DNA of 64,000 bases from Candidatus Dojkabacteria bacterium (lineage in GTDB: Bacteria; Patescibacteriota; Dojkabacteria; SC72; JAHDCA01). Shown here piece by piece: positions 62,266-64,000 of the stretch. The stretch spans positions 587,686-651,685 of the forward strand of contig CP129478.1 in assembly GCA_030583845.1 (NCBI GenBank). Reading direction: 5' to 3'. The notes under the pieces are model-generated. The model worked only from the letters and a program-made list of their open reading frames with translations. It did not search any database and was not told the DNA's origin. A program made the translations under genes and the position numbers. Position 1 is the stretch's first letter, and the number at the start of each line of letters is the position of its first letter.

Positions 62266-62823
62266 ATGTTTAAGAGGACAGGACAAAAAAAATTAGGAAG
62301 AAAGCAGTCACACAGGCATGCGTTGGTTAAGAACCAGGTTCGATCGCTTTTTGTTGACGGTAGAGTTACAACTACAACCCCTAAAGCAAAGGTGTTGAAG
62401 GCCAATGCTGAGAGTCTGCTCAAGAAGGCAGAAAAGGGTGCAGATGAGCTCGCAACAGTTAGATACCTCAACATGATGCTCGGAGATGCAAGACTTGTTA
62501 AAGCAGTTCAGGAGTATGTTGCAGCAGGTAATACAGGTGTAACAATCATGAAAGTGGGATTTAGAGCTGGTGACAACAGTGAGAAATCAAAGGTACAGGT
62601 AACTGGATATGCTGGCGTTAAGAAGCATGTAAAGAGGAAGAAAGTCACAGCAGACAGCAAGAAGAAAGAGGCTGAAGTGAAAGAAGCAACCAAGCAGCAG
62701 ACAGAGTTAGCCGCACAAGAGGGTGCCAAGGATGACAAGATCGGCAGCAAGATTGCCAAGTCATTCAGAAGCCGAATCGGTGGTAGCAACAAGGGTAAGT
62801 CAACAGTAAGATCAGGAATTTAA
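62266..62823 (+). CDS. rplQ: 50S ribosomal protein L17 with a Lys/Ala-rich C-terminal extension.
   Basis: HRHALVKNQVRSLFVDGRVTTTTPKAK is L17. About 70 extra C-terminal residues follow. Confidence 0.9.
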   Translation: MFKRTGQKKLGRKQSHRHALVKNQVRSLFVDGRVTTTTPKAKVLKANAESLLKKAEKGADELATVRYLNMMLGDARLVKAVQEYVAAGNTGVTIMKVGFRAGDNSEKSKVQVTGYAGVKKHVKRKKVTADSKKKEAEVKEATKQQTELAAQEGAKDDKIGSKIAKSFRSRIGGSNKGKSTVRSGI

Positions 62824-62845
62824 GCATTAATTTAGATAGACTCGG

Positions 62846-63292
62846 ATGAAATATAAGACAGATTGGGTAAAACCAGAAAACATTGAGCGAAATTGGCACC
62901 TAGTGGATGTTGGTGACCAGGTACTTGGCCGTGTAGCTACTCAGATTGCATCGCTGCTTATTGGAAAGCATAAAGTAAACAAGTCACCAAACCTCGACTC
63001 AGGAGACTATGTTGTAGTTATCAATAGCGACAATGTTAAGGTTACCGGTCGAAAAGCTACACAGAAGATGTATAGGCGACATAGCGGTTATCCTGGTGGT
63101 TTCAAGGAGATCACTTTTGATAAGCAGATGAAGAAGGACTCAACATTCGTAATTGCAGAAGCTGTCAAAAATATGATCCCAAAGAACAAGCTTCGAGATG
63201 GTAGAATGCTGAGATTGTTTGTGTACCCAGGTGCGACACATAAGCACGACGCACAGAAGCCCGTTGAATATAAATTGTTATCTGCTAAGTAG
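62846..63292 (+). CDS. rplM: 50S ribosomal protein L13.
   Basis: WHLVDVGDQVLGRVATQIASLLIGKHK is L13. Confidence 0.95.
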   Translation: MKYKTDWVKPENIERNWHLVDVGDQVLGRVATQIASLLIGKHKVNKSPNLDSGDYVVVINSDNVKVTGRKATQKMYRRHSGYPGGFKEITFDKQMKKDSTFVIAEAVKNMIPKNKLRDGRMLRLFVYPGATHKHDAQKPVEYKLLSAK

Positions 63293-63684
63293 TGGCTGAG
63301 AAGTATTTTGAAGGTGTAGGTCGAAGAAAAACATCAACCGCACGAGTAAGAATTTACAAAGGAAAAGATACAAGCATCGTAAACGAGAAGCCATTGGACG
63401 GCTACTTCCCTACAAAGGCAGATGTTTCTATCGTTTTGGAGCCACTAAAGACTGTAGGTCTCGAGGGTGAGTACTACTTCACAGCTAAGGTAAGCGGTGG
63501 TGGTATGACTGGCCAACGAGAAGCTGTTCAGCTTGGACTAGCCCGAGCGCTTTACAGCATGGATAGCGAGCTCAAGCCAAAGCTACGAAGCAAGGGCTTG
63601 GTAACCCGCGACCCAAGGATGGTTGAGCGAAAGAAGTACAATCTTCGCAAAGCTCGAAAGAAGGCACAGTTCTCAAAGCGTTAG
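63292..63684 (+). CDS. rpsI: 30S ribosomal protein S9.
   Basis: GVGRRKTSTARVRI...ARKKAQFSKR is S9. GTG start overlapping the rplM stop. Confidence 0.95.
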   Translation: MAEKYFEGVGRRKTSTARVRIYKGKDTSIVNEKPLDGYFPTKADVSIVLEPLKTVGLEGEYYFTAKVSGGGMTGQREAVQLGLARALYSMDSELKPKLRSKGLVTRDPRMVERKKYNLRKARKKAQFSKR

Positions 63685-63694
63685 TCTTACGCTT

Positions 63695-64000
63695 TTATCG
63701 AAGTCCTCTGGCCTCGAGCATATTTTCAACTGTTACAAGTTCATTCCCGTCTATATCGGCTATTGTTCGCGCGACCCTAGCAATGCTGAGGCAGTCTCTC
63801 AATGGCACTCTTTCGCGTGACCTAATCGTACTTAGTTGATCGAGCGCCTCGCTGCTGTAAATTGTCTGATCTATATCGGTAACCTCGAGCTGGCTGTTGA
63901 GCATACCTCCTCTCTCTCGCTGTAGATTCCATAGCAGCCGGATGCTTTTGCTAATCTGCTCGGGCTCGTTCTGCTTGCTTGAGCTCTGGCTACCCTCAGA
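63695..64000 (-). CDS. comM: 3' end of a ComM/YifB-family (Mg-chelatase-like AAA+) gene. The gene continues beyond the window end.
   Basis: The C-terminus RDCLSIARVARTIADIDGNELVTVENMLEA matches the ComM tail (R..LRVARTIADL.G.E.V...HL.EA). The reverse frame is open up to position 64000. Confidence 0.6.
   Translation of the reverse strand, partial: SEGSQSSSKQNEPEQISKSIRLLWNLQRERGGMLNSQLEVTDIDQTIYSSEALDQLSTIRSRERVPLRDCLSIARVARTIADIDGNELVTVENMLEARGLR

Noticed and set aside
1-64000. Search for CRISPR arrays, rRNA and tRNA genes.
   Set aside because: No regularly spaced direct repeats with unique spacers were found. The intergenic regions examined (13515-13752, 16503-16925, 19357-19529, 46286-46478) lack cloverleaf-compatible sequence, and their structure is explained by the palindromic repeat families.

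Overview
This 64-kb window looks like a small-genome bacterium of the Patescibacteria/CPR type (inference). The ribosomal-protein superoperon lacks rpmD (L30) and also shows no rpmC (L29), and several r-proteins plus PNPase carry long low-complexity tails.

Gene order along the window:
- <1-471: 3' end of a surface-protein paralog.
- 511-1542: a class-II Fic protein driven by a tandem-repeat promoter.
- 1762-5026: nusA-ylxR-infB.
- 5155-11736: a complete Type I restriction-modification (RM) island, hsdM-hsdS-T5orf172-hsdR. It sits where rbfA/truB normally follow infB.
- 11904-13064: a hypothetical protein.
- 13251-16032: rpsO-pnp, with a long structured leader between them.
- 16926-17526: a HicB/HicA toxin-antitoxin pair in an AT-rich islet.
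- 17543-19356, minus strand: rsmB-like and rsmE rRNA methyltransferases.
- 19530-21692: a polytopic membrane protein.
- 21.7-39.0 kb: a co-directional cluster of ten genes for membrane-anchored or secreted proteins. It holds two paralogous giant Cys-rich proteins with an FN3/purple-acid-phosphatase-N-like domain and a shared novel C-terminal domain, both interrupted by frameshifts. It also holds an FN3 protein with (EEPPPS)6 repeats and an LPXTG-like sorting signal, a VirB6/TrbL-like polytopic membrane protein, a 1038-aa protein ending in an M23 peptidase, and an amidase_2-like/SH3b protein. This cluster is the best candidate for an undescribed envelope or host-interaction system.
- 39060-43820: a UvrD/PcrA helicase, a convergent RpfB-like (G5 + Rpf transglycosylase) gene, and a TPR protein.
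- 44115-63684: fusA, tuf, the S10-spc-alpha r-protein operons (rpsJ to rplQ, with secY, adk, map, infA, rpmJ), then rplM-rpsI.
- 63695 to the window end, minus strand: a partial comM-like gene.

Two families of GC-rich palindromic elements recur immediately after stop codons (family A after secY and uvrD; family B after fusA, tuf and the TPR gene), family B also forming the rpsO-pnp leader, and a nested composite of both lies between the two surface paralogs.

No CRISPR array, rRNA or tRNA was seen. Hand-derived coordinates of non-coding elements may be off by one or two bases.
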